Assembly (NCBI GenBank): GCA_009914755.4
Contig: CP068257.2
Coordinates: forward strand, 16,192,001-16,256,000
Reading direction: 5' to 3'
From: the human T2T-CHM13v2.0 reference genome, Homo sapiens
DNA: 64,000 nucleotides
Below are positions 37,950-50,338 of this stretch, in pieces. The notes under the pieces were generated by a model that saw only the letters and a list, made by a program, of their open reading frames with translations, was not told the DNA's origin and did not search any database. Positions within the stretch are counted from its first letter, which is position 1; each line of letters opens with the position of its first letter. A program made the translations under genes and the position numbers.

Positions 37950-40330
37950 AAAGTGGCCAGATGACAGTCTTAACTTCCAGTTCAATGGGATCATTGTTGT
38001 GCTTCTTGGTGGAAGCTGGAACTAAGATTTTTAGGCCAGCAGAGCATAAGGTTGTGGGAACAGGAAGAAAACATTTTGGGTAATATTGAGTAGTGCCACT
38101 CCCATTTCCACCCCTTGATTCCTGTAAACCCCGGCTATCAGAGAAACAGAACTGTATGTTGTACATGCTCAATTTTGTGGCTTAGCAGGTCAGATAACAC
38201 CTGGTTTATGATGGAGGTCTCAGGTTGTGTGGTAACTTGATAGCCCATGGTCAAGTGTTTGGCTTCTCCTAACTCCCAGTAGCAGTCAAAGAGCTGTCTC
38301 TCAAAAGGAGAGTACTTATCTGCAGATGATGGCAGAGCTGTGCTCCAAAATCCTAAAGGTCTGTGCTGCAGTTCATCTATGGCAGCTTGCAAATGTCTCC
38401 AAATGGCATTCCTATCTGTCACTGAAACTGCAAGCACCACTGGATCTGCTAGATCCTATGTTCCAAGTGGCATAGCAGCCTAGACCTGTTATAGAGCTTT
38501 CTTTTATTCCAGAGCCCACCCACAACTAGCAGCTTTTTGGTCACCTGATAGATGAACTGGAGGAACACACCCAAATGAAGAGATGTTGCCTTTAAAATCC
38601 CAATAGGCTCTTTAGTTATTGTACCGCTTTCTTGATTGGGAGGGGTCAAATGCAACAACTTCTCCTCGACCTTAAAAGGGATATCTTGATAGGCCCCACA
38701 CCACTGGACCCTTAGAAATTTCACTAAGATAGAAAGCCTCTGAATTTTAGTTGGCTTTATTTTTTATCCTCTAACGTACACTCTGTTAACAATATGTCTA
38801 GAATAGTTGTGACTTTTTGCTCACTAGATCCAATAAGCATAATGGCATCGATGTAATGAACCAGTGTGATATCTTGTTGAAGGGAAAGGCAGTCAAGATG
38901 CCTGTTAACTAAATTATGACATAGGGCTGGGGAGTTGATATAATTTTGAGGACAGAGAAGGTATATTGCTGGCCTTGCCAGCTGAAGGAAAACTACTTCT
39001 GGTGGGCCCTATGGACAGATAGAGAAAAAGACGTGCCAGATCAATAGCTGAATACCAGCTATCAGAGGATGTGTTAATTTGCTCAGTGAATGAAACCAAA
39101 TCTTGTACAGCAGCTATAATTGGAGTTGTTACATGGCTAAGCTTATGATAATCATACTGTCATTCTCCAAGATCAGTCTGTGTCTTTTGCACAGGCCAAA
39201 TAAGAGTTTTGAATGGGGATGTGGTGAGAATCACCACCTCTGCATCTTTCAAGTCTTTGATGGTGGCATTAATCTCTGCAATCCCTCTAGGAATGTAGTA
39301 TTGCTTTTGATTTACTATTTTCCTAGGTAGAGGCAGTTCTAATGGCTTCCATTTGGCCTTTCTTACCATTATAGCCATTATTTTACAGATCAGGGAACTA
39401 GTGTGGCAGTTCTGCCAGCTGCTAAGTATGTCTATTTCAATTATGCATTTGGAAGTGGGAAAATAACCACAGATTGGGCTCAGGAACCCACTGGACCCAC
39501 CGTGAGACAGACCAGAGCTAAAACCCTATTGATCACCTGAACTTTATAAGCCACTACTCTGATAAAGGCCCACAGTGACATTTTGGGTCTCCTGTAATTA
39601 CTGTCATTTCAGAGCCAGTGTCCAGTAGTCTCCTAAATGTCTGATTATTTTCTTTTATCCCAGTGCACAGTTACAATGATAAAAGGTCCTATGTCTCTTT
39701 AGGGAAGGTTAGGAGAAAGATTAACAGTATAAGTTTCAGGTAATGTACTGTGTTTTTCCTTGAGGGGAGGTTGCCTCCACTTCATTCAAGGAGTTCTAGG
39801 TCTGTAAACTGGCCCAAGTCTAGAAATTGATTGAAGGGCAATGTCTGTCTGTTTTTGAAATACACTTGACTTAGAACTTTTCTGCTTGTTCAGATCAAGT
39901 AAGAATTTGTAGGCTTTCTATTTCATTTGTAGGAACACTGTGATTAGCCAATGTCATTGCTCTGCAAGGGTCGGAATATTCTGACTGCTGCTTTGACTCT
40001 ACTGACCGTTAGGGTAACTACATCCATCTTGCCTTTGGTGGTTGAGTGCCAGACTTGGCCCTGGCCACCCAAGATTGAATTACTCCCATTACGTTAGGTG
40101 TTGTCAAGGAGGCTGGGGCTTCCTTCACAAACTTATTTCTGAAAGTATTGGTGAAGGGTATGTTTTCTGGACCCTCCTAGTGTGGGTGAGTAGGTCTACT
40201 CTAATATACTTTAATATTTTGCTCTCCCTAAGCCTTTGAATACCTTCCTCTCCATTAAACCAAGGGCGGTCAAGCATCTCCAATTCACTTATGGTGGGCG
40301 GTGGGGCATGGGCCATCTTTTGGCTCATGT
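37950..40330 (-). mobile_element. Nested class-I (gamma-like) ERV internal fragment: protease/RT/RNase H portion of pol and the upstream region
   Basis: Minus-strand ORFs include 'KWKPLELPLPRKIVNQKQYYIPRGIAEINATIKDLKDAEVVILTTSPFKTLIWPVQKTQTDLGE', 'FTEQINTSSDSWYSAIDLARLFLYL' and 'RPLGFWSTALPSSADKYSPFERQLFDCYWELGEAKHLTMGYQVTTQPETSIINQVLSD'. These carry the class-I HERV RT motifs 'IP...I...IKDL..AGV..PT.SP.N.PIWPV.K' and 'YSPFEKQLLACYWAL.ETEHLTMG.QVT'. Confidence 0.7.
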
Positions 40331-40596
40331 TTCAGTCAACCAGCCCAACAAACTGTTAAGCCCTTCTTTTTAAATTAAATTAAAATTTTTGATTGTGAAT
40401 GGTGTAAAACAAAACTCTAAATTCATCACTCCCACCCGTATAAATAGCCAGGTATTCCTAGAACTCTTTACAGAGTAATCCATCTTTTCCTCACTATAGT
40501 CAGCATTGCAGTATTTGTCATACATCATATTCTACGTAGAGTCTGTTTGGGGGCTCTTTACTCTTCCGTTAGCCTGTTTGCCTGCACTGCACTACT

Positions 40597-40740
40597 ACAA
40601 TTGCTATAACAATTTTAATTACTGTTATAATGGCTACAATTTAAAAATATTTAAAATTTTTAAATATCTATTTTAAAATTGTAGCCATTATAACAGCTGT
40701 ATAATTATAATGTAACAATTAAAATTATAGCGGTTATAGG
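40597..40740. repeat. AT-rich imperfect palindrome (long inverted repeat, hairpin-capable)
   Basis: Left arm 'ctgttataatggctacaatttaaaa' at 40622-40646. The reverse complement of 40671-40696 is 'ctgttataatggctacaattttaaaa'. The 24-bp spacer 'atatttaaaatttttaaatatcta' is itself near-palindromic. Weaker arm extensions ('gctataacaattttaatt' versus the rc of 'aattaaaattatagc') bring the total to about 145 bp. Confidence 0.8.
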
Positions 40741-41170
40741 ACAAATCTGATATCCCATTTTTCTTCCTTAAAATTGCCTTAGCTATCTTGGATTTTCCTC
40801 TTCTTTAGTATGTATAATCTTTTAAACTCTGGGAAAAAAACCTGTCAAGACTGGGATTAATCGAAGTAAAATTATAATCTGGGTGAGAATTAATCTTTAT
40901 GGAGTCTTCCTAACATGAAGATGGTATGTCTATTCATTTATTTAGGTTTTCTTTAATGTTTTCATTTTACATAAGTTTCATAATTTTCTACATAAAAGTT
41001 CACACAGATCTTTTATTACATTTGTTTTTAGGTACCATTTTTTATCTGTTTCGTTTGTATATATATTTTTAAAAGTAAATCTTCACTTATGGCTCCTATC
41101 TAGAAATAAAATTGATTTTTATATATTGATCTAATATCTAAAAAATTAAATCAAGCCTTTTATTAAAAGA

Positions 41171-41467
41171 TTTTTTTTTGAAGTAGATCTCGCTCTGTCA
41201 CCCAGGTTGGAGTGCAGTGGCATGGTCCTGGCTAACTGCAGCCTCTACTTCCCAAGGTCGACTGATCCTCCCACCTCACCCTCCTGAATAGCTGGGACTA
41301 CATAGCATGCCACCAAGCCTGGCTAATTTAAATTTTTTTTTTTTGTAGAGACACTATCTATCTTGTTATGTTGCTTAGGCTGGTTTCAAGCTCCTGGGCT
41401 CAAGCAATTCTCCTGCCTTGGTCTCTCAAACTATTGGGATTACAGGTGTAAGCCATGGCGTCAGGCC
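41171..41467 (-). mobile_element. Alu SINE, diverged and AluJ-like, nested in the MaLR element
   Basis: Poly-T followed by 'gaagtagatctcgctctgtcacccaggttggagtgcagtggcatggtcctggctaactgcagcctctacttcccaaggtcgactgatcctcccacctcaccctcctgaatagctgggactaca...'. Confidence 0.9.
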
Positions 41468-41468
41468 T

Positions 41469-42100
41469 AGAGTCCTTTCTATCACTCTTAGCTGCAACAT
41501 TAACTGCAGAATTTCTGCCTAGTGAGCTTATATCAATAAATTTAGCCTGATTCAACATTTTGTTCCTTCCACCATTATCCCACATTCATAATAAGCGTTC
41601 CCACACATGTTCCCCAGATTTCTGCTTGTATAAATTAGAAAGCTCAAGCAGTGCTTTTAAAGTGTATTGCATCTCCTCTTGGCTCACACTTTGTATATCA
41701 CCTTTAGGAATCTCCTGGGACTTCAGTCTAGTTAGAGGTCTAGAAGCAAAAAGTGGGGGTGGGTCCTGAGGAGAATCAGCATTGTCTTGCATGGCAACTG
41801 CCTCAGGGAAGGCCATTACCATTTCTTCAGTCAACAGAAGCTAGCTCCTCAGATGGAGTTGAGAAGGTCACTATCACTGTGGATGGGAAGGCCACTTTTG
41901 CTGCGATGAGGGAGGCTAATTCCACTAAGGATGAGAAGGCTGCTTCCAGTGACACTGGGAAGACCTCTTTCACTAGCAAAGAAGAATCATTAGAATGTAG
42001 GGACTTAATGTCTCCAGCTTCATCAGTCTTTCCACGCAGCCCCATCCCAATTCATAGAATCCCACTTTTTTCCCAAACGATGGCCTCACTTTAACAGTAG
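41469..42100 (-). pseudogene. Retroelement gag-like ORF remnant, internal region of the MaLR element
   Basis: Minus-strand ORFs '...SVSQEEMQYTLKALLELSNLYKQKSGEHVWERLL' and 'MWDNGGRNKMLNQAKFIDISSLGRNSAVNVAAKS...' are contiguous apart from a frame break. Interpreted as gag-like by position immediately downstream of the 5' LTR; no alignment was run. Confidence 0.4.
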
Positions 42101-42623
42101 ACATTCTGCGAGACTGCAAGTTCAACTTGTATTATAATTCAGCCAACTGAAGGATGAGGTCCTATGTTTGATTTTCAGCAATTTCAGCCCTGTGACTACA
42201 GGAGATAAGGAACTCCTTCTGAGCACACATAGAAGCTCTTAGGCCATTTATTCAGCACTTGAGTTGGGAACTGGAATCCCTGAGGTCATCCTTTAAAAAA
42301 CAAGGCAAACAAAACAAAACACACTTCTAGACATTAGGAGCAAAGAACCAACATCCTTATATTCCTTAGTTTTCAAAAAATGTTGGATGTTATGATATAC
42401 AGTCATTTAGCTCTTTGATTCTCATAAATGGTTGATTAGGACTATCCACTGCAGATATTTTGCATATCATAGCCATTTACTATTAGTGCTCTCTTTACTA
42501 CTAGAAATAGAATTTAAAAACCTGATCAGATTAGTAATCCAATTCCATAAACCCCAGAACAAATTCACAACAGTTATTCATAAAATTATGTTCCTCTAGA
42601 ACTACTCTTAGTACAAAAGTCTA

Positions 42624-43141
42624 TGCTAGTCAGGGTTCTCCAGAGAAATAGAACCAATAGAACTCAAAATATATGAAGATATTTATTGTGGAAATTGGCT
42701 CAAGCAATTATGGAGACCAAGAAAGTCTTACAGTTTTCTGTTTGAGAGCTGGAGAACCAGGAAAGCAGGTGGTGTAAGTCCTGGTCTCACTCTGAAGACC
42801 TCAGAACTGAGGATAAAAAAGTGGAGAGGTTTAAGTCACTGTCCCCGTCCCAAGGCCCAAGAACCAGGGCCATGAATGTCTAAGGGGAAAGAAGGATGGA
42901 TATCCAGGCTCAAACAAAAAGTGTAAGTTTATCCTTTCTCTGCCTTTTCATTCTATTCAGGCTTTCAGAAGATTGGATCATGTGTACCCACATTGGTGAG
43001 AGTCATCTCTACTCAGTCTACTTACTCAAATGTTACTCTCTTCCAGAAATACTCTCACTGACATACCCAGAAATAATGTTTCACCAGCTAGCTGGACATC
43101 CCTTAGCCCAGTCAAGATAACACATAAAATTAACCATCACA
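42624..43141 (-). mobile_element. MLT1/MST-type MaLR LTR, the 5' LTR of the minus-strand MaLR element
   Basis: 'tgctagtcagggttctccagagaaatagaaccaatagaactcaaaatatatgaagatatttattgtggaaattggctcaagcaattatggagaccaagaaag...ccttagcccagtcaagataacacataaaattaaccatcaca'. Confidence 0.75.
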
Positions 43142-43369
43142 GGGTGAAGAAGTTGATTTTTAAGTTATAGCATATAGCTGGTAGTTGAATGCATGTGAAT
43201 AGATGAGACTGCCTTTGGGTAGAGGGTATCCAGAGAAGACCATGAAGTTAAGGCAAAAACTCTGCTAACACCAACATTTAAGGAAGAAACGCCTGTTAAG
43301 GGCAATGAGAAATTATTAAACTGAGTGGTTATTAAGTTAATCAAAATAAAACAAAATAGATTTACTAAG

Positions 43370-43470
43370 GGCTTCCCATGGACCAGGCACTGTGCTGTGG
43401 CTTATAATTCTGCCATGAACAAGGCAGACTTAGTCCTTTTTCTTCCTGGAGCTTAGAGTATAGAGATGCA
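43370..43470 (-). mobile_element. Possible MIR fragment
   Basis: 'ccaggcactgtgctgtggcttataattctgcc...ggagcttagagtatagagat' resembles the reverse complement of the MIR 3' end and core. Confidence 0.3.
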
Positions 43471-44619
43471 TATATTTAAGAGAACTTTAATTGAGAATGG
43501 AACAAATGAAAATAATCGGTTTTTTGGAGCTCAAAAGGTAGTGAATAGAGCTAGTTTGGAAAAGCCTTCTCTACAGAAGTAATACTTAAGCTAATACCTA
43601 ATAAGAAGATAATTTGGTGTGGGGAGGTGGTTAAGAATCAAGACAAAAGTATACAGGGTATGCAACAGTACCACATGACTAAACACTCTGAATTTGGTGA
43701 GAACTTGGTGCATTTGAATTGTGATATCAACATGGTAGAGTACAAAAAAGAGGAGAGAGAAGTATGTGACAAACCTAGAGAGATGGGGGTGGGGCTAGTT
43801 CACATGAGACCAAATAGTCCATGTTTATTCCATATTCCAAGGGAAATAGAGGCCATATGCAATGACCATTAAATTTTCTTTTTGTCGGGCTAGCTTCCCA
43901 CTGCTTCATTTTTAAACATTTCCTCTTCTACCCCATGAGATCTTGGTTGAATTTCCAGTTACCTGGATCAGTTTGCCCCCCAGGATAGCTAATAAGAGGA
44001 CTCCATCCCTTTGGAGACCAAAGATTAGGTTAGTGGAAATATATAATTTAAGCAGGGCTAATCATAGTCTAATTTATGTGGATCCTTGGATGAAAAATTT
44101 TATTTTCCTCTCCTTAGATTTGCCAGCAGACATCTTGATACAACATAAAGAAAGCTTGTTTGAGACAAAAGCCAAGTGGAGGCAAAGTAGCCAAGAGATG
44201 GGGAGACAGTAGTACAGATCCCAGTGATCTCATTTGATTCTTGAATTCATCCAGAGTACCTCTTGGACTTTTCATTTTCTAAATGCCATTGAATTTATTT
44301 TTGATCAATCTAATTTAAATTGGGTCTCTGCCATGTAAAGTTAAAACAACATAGATATCAAAGGATACAATGTAAATATATAGAAATAAATTTTATATCT
44401 TAAAAAGATCATTTATAATAACACCAAAAATAAAATACATAGAATAAATCTAATGAGAGATAGGCAGGAACTCAACAAAAAAACTATACATTTAAACCAA
44501 GAGAAATTAAAGACCTAAATAAATGGAGGACTCCAACAAGTTCAAGGGTTAGAAACATTATTATTCTAAATATTTCTGTTTTAAAAATTGATCTATAAAA
44601 GCCATGCAATCCCAATCAA

Positions 44620-44735
44620 AATTTCAATCTATGTATGTATGTGTATATTTATACAAAATATATAAAATATATATATACACACACACATGCACACACACAT
44701 ATACGCACATATATGTGTGTGTGTAGAGCTGATTC
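44620..44735. repeat. Compound (TG/TA/CA)n microsatellite
   Basis: 'tatgtatgtatgtgtatatttatacaaaatatataaaatatatatatacacacacacatgcacacacacatatacgcacatatatgtgtgtgtgtag'. Confidence 0.9.
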
Positions 44736-45533
44736 TACAATTTATAGATTTTTTTTTTTAAGCCAAGCATAGCCAAGACGATCTTGAAGAAAAAAGAAGA
44801 AGTCATGTTAAATAGCTACAGCAATTAAGGTAGTGTGGTATTGGCACAAGGATATACACATAAACTAATGGAACAAAATAGGGAGTTTAGAAATAGCCTC
44901 AGACATATAAGGTCACATGAAATTACAAAAGTGTCACACTGTTTTGCAGTGGGAAAAAATATTGTCCTTAAATAATGATTCTGGGTAAATTGGGTAAACA
45001 TATGAAAAAAATGGAGGTTGACTACCAATGTACATGATACAGTACAATCAGTTTTAGGTGGATTGTATCTAAATGGAAATGGTAAAATAATAAAACTTTG
45101 AGAAAATAACACAGAATACTTCATGGCATTCTGGTAGGCAAGTTTTTTTTTCTTTTTTGAGAATATAAAAAGTATTAACCATAAAGGAAAAAATTGATAA
45201 TTTAGACTACTTTAAAATTAGGAATTTCAATCATCAAAAGACCTCATTAAGAAGTGGAAAAGACAAGTCAAAGGATGGAAGGAAGGAGATAATTGAAATA
45301 TATATGTTATATATATATAGGTTTGATAAAGGACTATTAGAAATCAAAAAGAAGGCAGAAACCTAATAGAAAAATGACAAATGACTTTAACAAACACTTC
45401 ACAAAAAGTACATCCGAATAGCAAATAAGCACATGAAAAGGTATCTTATTCATCAGGGCAATGCAAATCAAAACACAGTAAGATGCCACTACACAATCAT
45501 GAGAACAGCTATCATTAAAAAAACTGACATTAT

Positions 45534-45822
<289 letters not shown>

Positions 45823-46682
45823 TTAAGTGTTAATGCAAACAGGGAGTAATTGGAATTCTCAAACGTTAATGAGAGTTCAAATTGGTAAAACCACTTCAAA
45901 AAATTGTGTGGCAATATCTACTCTATAGCTAAACACATAATCCTATGATTTAGTAGTACTATTCCTAGGTGTATTACTAACAGAAATACAAACATATGCA
46001 TACCAAAAGGCATGCATAAGAATGTTCTTAGTATCTTTGTTTACAATAGCCTTAAACTGGAAACAATTAAAATGTCCACCAGCAGTAGAATGGGTAAATA
46101 CATTTTATACAGGGGAAATCCACAGAGCAATAAAAATGAATAAGCTATTGCCGTGTGCAACACTGAGGGATGAGTCTCGCATATGTAATTTGAGAGAAAA
46201 AACCCAGATCCAAAAAGCACAGTGTGTGATACCACTTACATGAAGTTAAAAAACTAGTAAAGTTGATGAATAATGATGGAAGTCAGCATAGTAAGTTCTT
46301 TTGGGGTGCGGCTGGGAGACTGTTCGCATTCTACTTCCTGACCTGTGGCAGTGACAAGGGTAGATTTCACACGGTGAACATTCATGAAGCTGTACATTCA
46401 TAATCTGTGTGCTTTTCTGTTTGTACGTGATACATCGGTAAAAAGGTTACTTAAAGAGAAATAGAGTTTCAAGAGGGAATGCATGTATTGGACTGGGTAC
46501 TTAATTATATTTGAATTTGTTTCCGAATAAAATTTCAAGATAATTAAAACTGAGATTTTTTCTTTTCCGCATTTTTTTCTTAATGTTGCATGGTCTTTAC
46601 CCTTTCAGTCAGTGGCATCTGGTATTTAAGAGGAAAAACAGATTCAGCCAAGCAAAGAAGACAGTTTATTATTTGGAAATCA

Positions 46683-47052
<370 letters not shown>

Positions 47053-47548
47053 CTAATTTTTGAGCCAGAAAAAGTTTTTATAAATCTCCCCAAAGCAAGA
47101 TTTTTAGCATCAGTTTTCAAAGCTTGCAGAAAGAATACATCAAATTTATCCATAAACAACACAGCAGGGTGAGAATAGATTCAAAGCCAGTTTTTCTGAC
47201 ACACGGAGATTTTTTTTGTCTTTTTAATTTTTAAAATATTCTTGGCATGTGAGTGGAGCTTCAGAATTAGGAAAAGGAAGCGAGATAGTTAGCAGCTGGT
47301 GTGAGTTTCTAAAGCTGGTAGGGCACCATTTTGTCTCTTAAGATTTAGGTCTCGGTAGGGTTGGGGTTGGAGGAATTATAGGAATGTCTGACCCACTGGG
47401 TGAATCTGAGAGCAGAGTGGCCTATATCTTGCTCTGTTGGGAGTAGCCTGGGGAGACTACAATTATTGTAGAGAAGTCTTATGCCCGCTGTGGTCCTGGA
47501 GTGACAGAAGAGCAGTGGTTCAGTGAGATGTTGGGCTGACCGGGTTTA

Positions 47549-47824
<276 letters not shown>

Positions 47825-49139
47825 CTAAGAGGGGGAAGAAAGGTGCGTGCAACTGCTAGGAGATGCCAGTCACATCCAAAGGGCTATGGAGGAAACGAAC
47901 TGATACATGTAAAGGCCTTAGAATAAAAGCCAGTTGTTGTTGATGTAGTTTTTCACTTCTGAGTGCATATGGGGCTTTAGAACTAAGTTGTTAATAATAA
48001 AGAGCTGAAAACAAGTGCACTCATTAAGAATATGATGCCACTCACAGCTGCATACTTCACCCTCTCTCTGCCTCAGCAGGGCAAGGATTTTGAGAGACTA
48101 AAGGTCCATTTACAAAAATAAGACCAGAACTTTGGGACCCTTAACCTTTGTAAGGCAAGGACTGTGCTTTATTTGGTTTTGTACACCCTCTGCCCCAGTG
48201 ACTGGGCATGGAAAGCTATTTGTGTTTGTTGAGATGAATAAATAGATGCAGTTTCCATTGGGAAAATTACACAAGCAATAATGTTACCCCTCCAACAATT
48301 TCTGCAAAATAGTTACACTACAAGGTATCACATGCAAGGGGCCCTTCAGATCAGCAGATAATTGTGCCTTTGGAAAATGAAAATCAAAATCAACACTCCT
48401 GGTATAGCTTCCCCATCTCTATAGATTCTAGTACTTACTCTCTGCCTGCTGGTTTCTCAGGCATGAGAAAAGGCTTTTTGACTCCAAGTCATAACACTAA
48501 AATACTCATAGTTCTGGCTACTATTGGATAATAAAGTTGGCAGTGCTATTCAGGAATCATATCTGAGTGTGGTTTCTATGATGGGACCAATCAACTGTAT
48601 ATTTACTACACGTTTTGGAGCCCTCTGTAAAACAAATGCTTGTCCTGCAATTTCTCCTTATTACAGAATGTATTCTGAATAGGTAATTTGGGGTTTCCCC
48701 TTCAAATTCACTCCTCCTTACCCAAACACATTCGCTGAGTATGTGTTTGTGTTTGGGTATGTGTGTGTGTATGTGTGTTTATCTACTCTCTGAGTCATGT
48801 CTCATCCTAACTTTGCCTTATTAGCAAATCTGTTGTTTTCAGCAGAATGGGTTAACAGACTCGTAGCCCTCTGCAGATCCGCAAAGGAGACAGTCTCTCT
48901 TAGATGTTACCTCCTAAGTTCTCTGGCCTGTCCCTGGTGTGTGCTCACTGACTGTTCTGAGGTTATTCCTCAGCCTATCTGCAATGGAATTCCTTCAACA
49001 CAAGCAGTGATGAGAGCTGGCAGCCTTAACCTGTGCACAGTATCTTTGCCATACATTTTGATAAGAAGCATGTCTCCTTGGAGATCTTGATAAGGTAAAT
49101 ATTATCTTGAACTCATGGCCTGAGTATAGCTGCCTGATT

Positions 49140-49174
49140 ATTAGGGATTGCAGGCATGAGCCACTGTGCCCAGC
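49140..49174 (-). mobile_element. Tiny Alu fragment (first about 35 bp of the Alu 5' end)
   Basis: 'ttagggattgcaggcatgagccactgtgcccagc'. It is flanked by 19-bp direct repeats 'ggtaaatattatc(tt/aa)gaac' at 49095-49113 and 49180-49198. Confidence 0.7.
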
Positions 49175-49234
49175 TATGAGGTAAATATTATCAAGAACAC
49201 TTCTTCACTTAGAAATATTAAAAATTATTAGGTG

Positions 49235-49477
49235 TCTGCATGTTCTCATAAGTGGGAGTTGAACAATGAGAACACATGGACACCGGGAGAAGAGCATCAC
49301 ACACGGGGGGCCTGTTAGGGGGTCAGGAGCTAGGGGAGGGATAGCATTAGGGGAAATACCTAATGTAGATGACGGGTTGATGGGTGCAACAAACCACCAT
49401 GGCATGTGTAGACCTGTATAACAAACCTGCACATTCTGCACATGTATCCCAGAACTTAAAGTATAATAAAAAAAAAA
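49235..49477 (+). mobile_element. L1 3' end fragment (young-type L1P 3' UTR) with poly-A
   Basis: 'ctgcatgttctcataagtgggagttgaacaatgagaacacatggacaccgggagaagagcatcacacacggggggcctgttagggggtcaggagctaggggagggatagcattaggggaaatacctaatgtagatgacgggttgatgggtgcaacaaaccaccatggcatgtgtagacctgtataacaaacctgcacattctgcacatgtatcccagaacttaaagtataataaaaaaaa'. A TSD of about 15 bp 'aaaattattaggtgt' sits at 49220-49234 and 49475-49489. Confidence 0.95.
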
Positions 49478-49570
49478 TTATTAGGTGTCAACGATATACC
49501 AGGCCCCATGTAAGGTACTGGTGGTGTGTTACATACAGATACAGGAGCCAGTCATTTCTGTTTGTCTTTT

Positions 49571-49865
49571 TTTTTTTTTTTCAGAGATGGAGTCTCGCTT
49601 TGTTGCCCAGGCTGGAGTGCAGTGGCACAATCTGGGCTCACTGCCAGCTCTACCTACCTGATTCATGCCATTCTCCTGCCTCAGCCTCCTGAGTAACTGG
49701 GACTACAGGTGCCTGCCACTATGCCTGGCTAATTTTTTTGTATTTTTAGTAGAGACAGGGTTTCACCATGTTAGCCAGGATGGTCTCGATCTCCTGACCT
49801 TGTGATCTGCCCGCCTTGGCCTCCCATAGCGCTGGGATTACAGGCGTGAGCCACCGCGCCTGGCC
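49571..49865 (-). mobile_element. Alu SINE
   Basis: Poly-T followed by 'cagagatggagtctcgctttgttgcccaggctggagtgcagtggcacaatctgggctcactgcc...gcgtgagccaccgcgcctggcc'. A 14-bp TSD 'tctgtttgtctttt' sits at 49557-49570 and 49866-49879. Confidence 0.95.
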
Positions 49866-50022
49866 TCTGTTTGTCTTTTATAATCTTTCCATCTTCTCAC
49901 CTATCCTCCCTCACCTTTCTGAATGGGATTGCAATGATTTATGACAAGCACACACAACAAACAAATGGAGACTGAGAAACTCAGTCATGACCAAAGGAGG
50001 CATTAATAAGAGTACGGAGTCA

Positions 50023-50338
<316 letters not shown>

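Larger units (their letters stand above)
36845..43141 (-). mobile_element. Full-length MaLR element (LTR, gag-like internal region, LTR) with nested insertions
   Basis: Two same-orientation MaLR LTRs at 36845-37409 and 42624-43141 bracket a minus-strand gag-like ORF at 41469-42100. Without the nested ERV-pol, AT-rich and Alu segments at 37950-41468, the remaining internal sequence is about 1.7 kb, as expected for MaLR internal regions. Confidence 0.55.
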
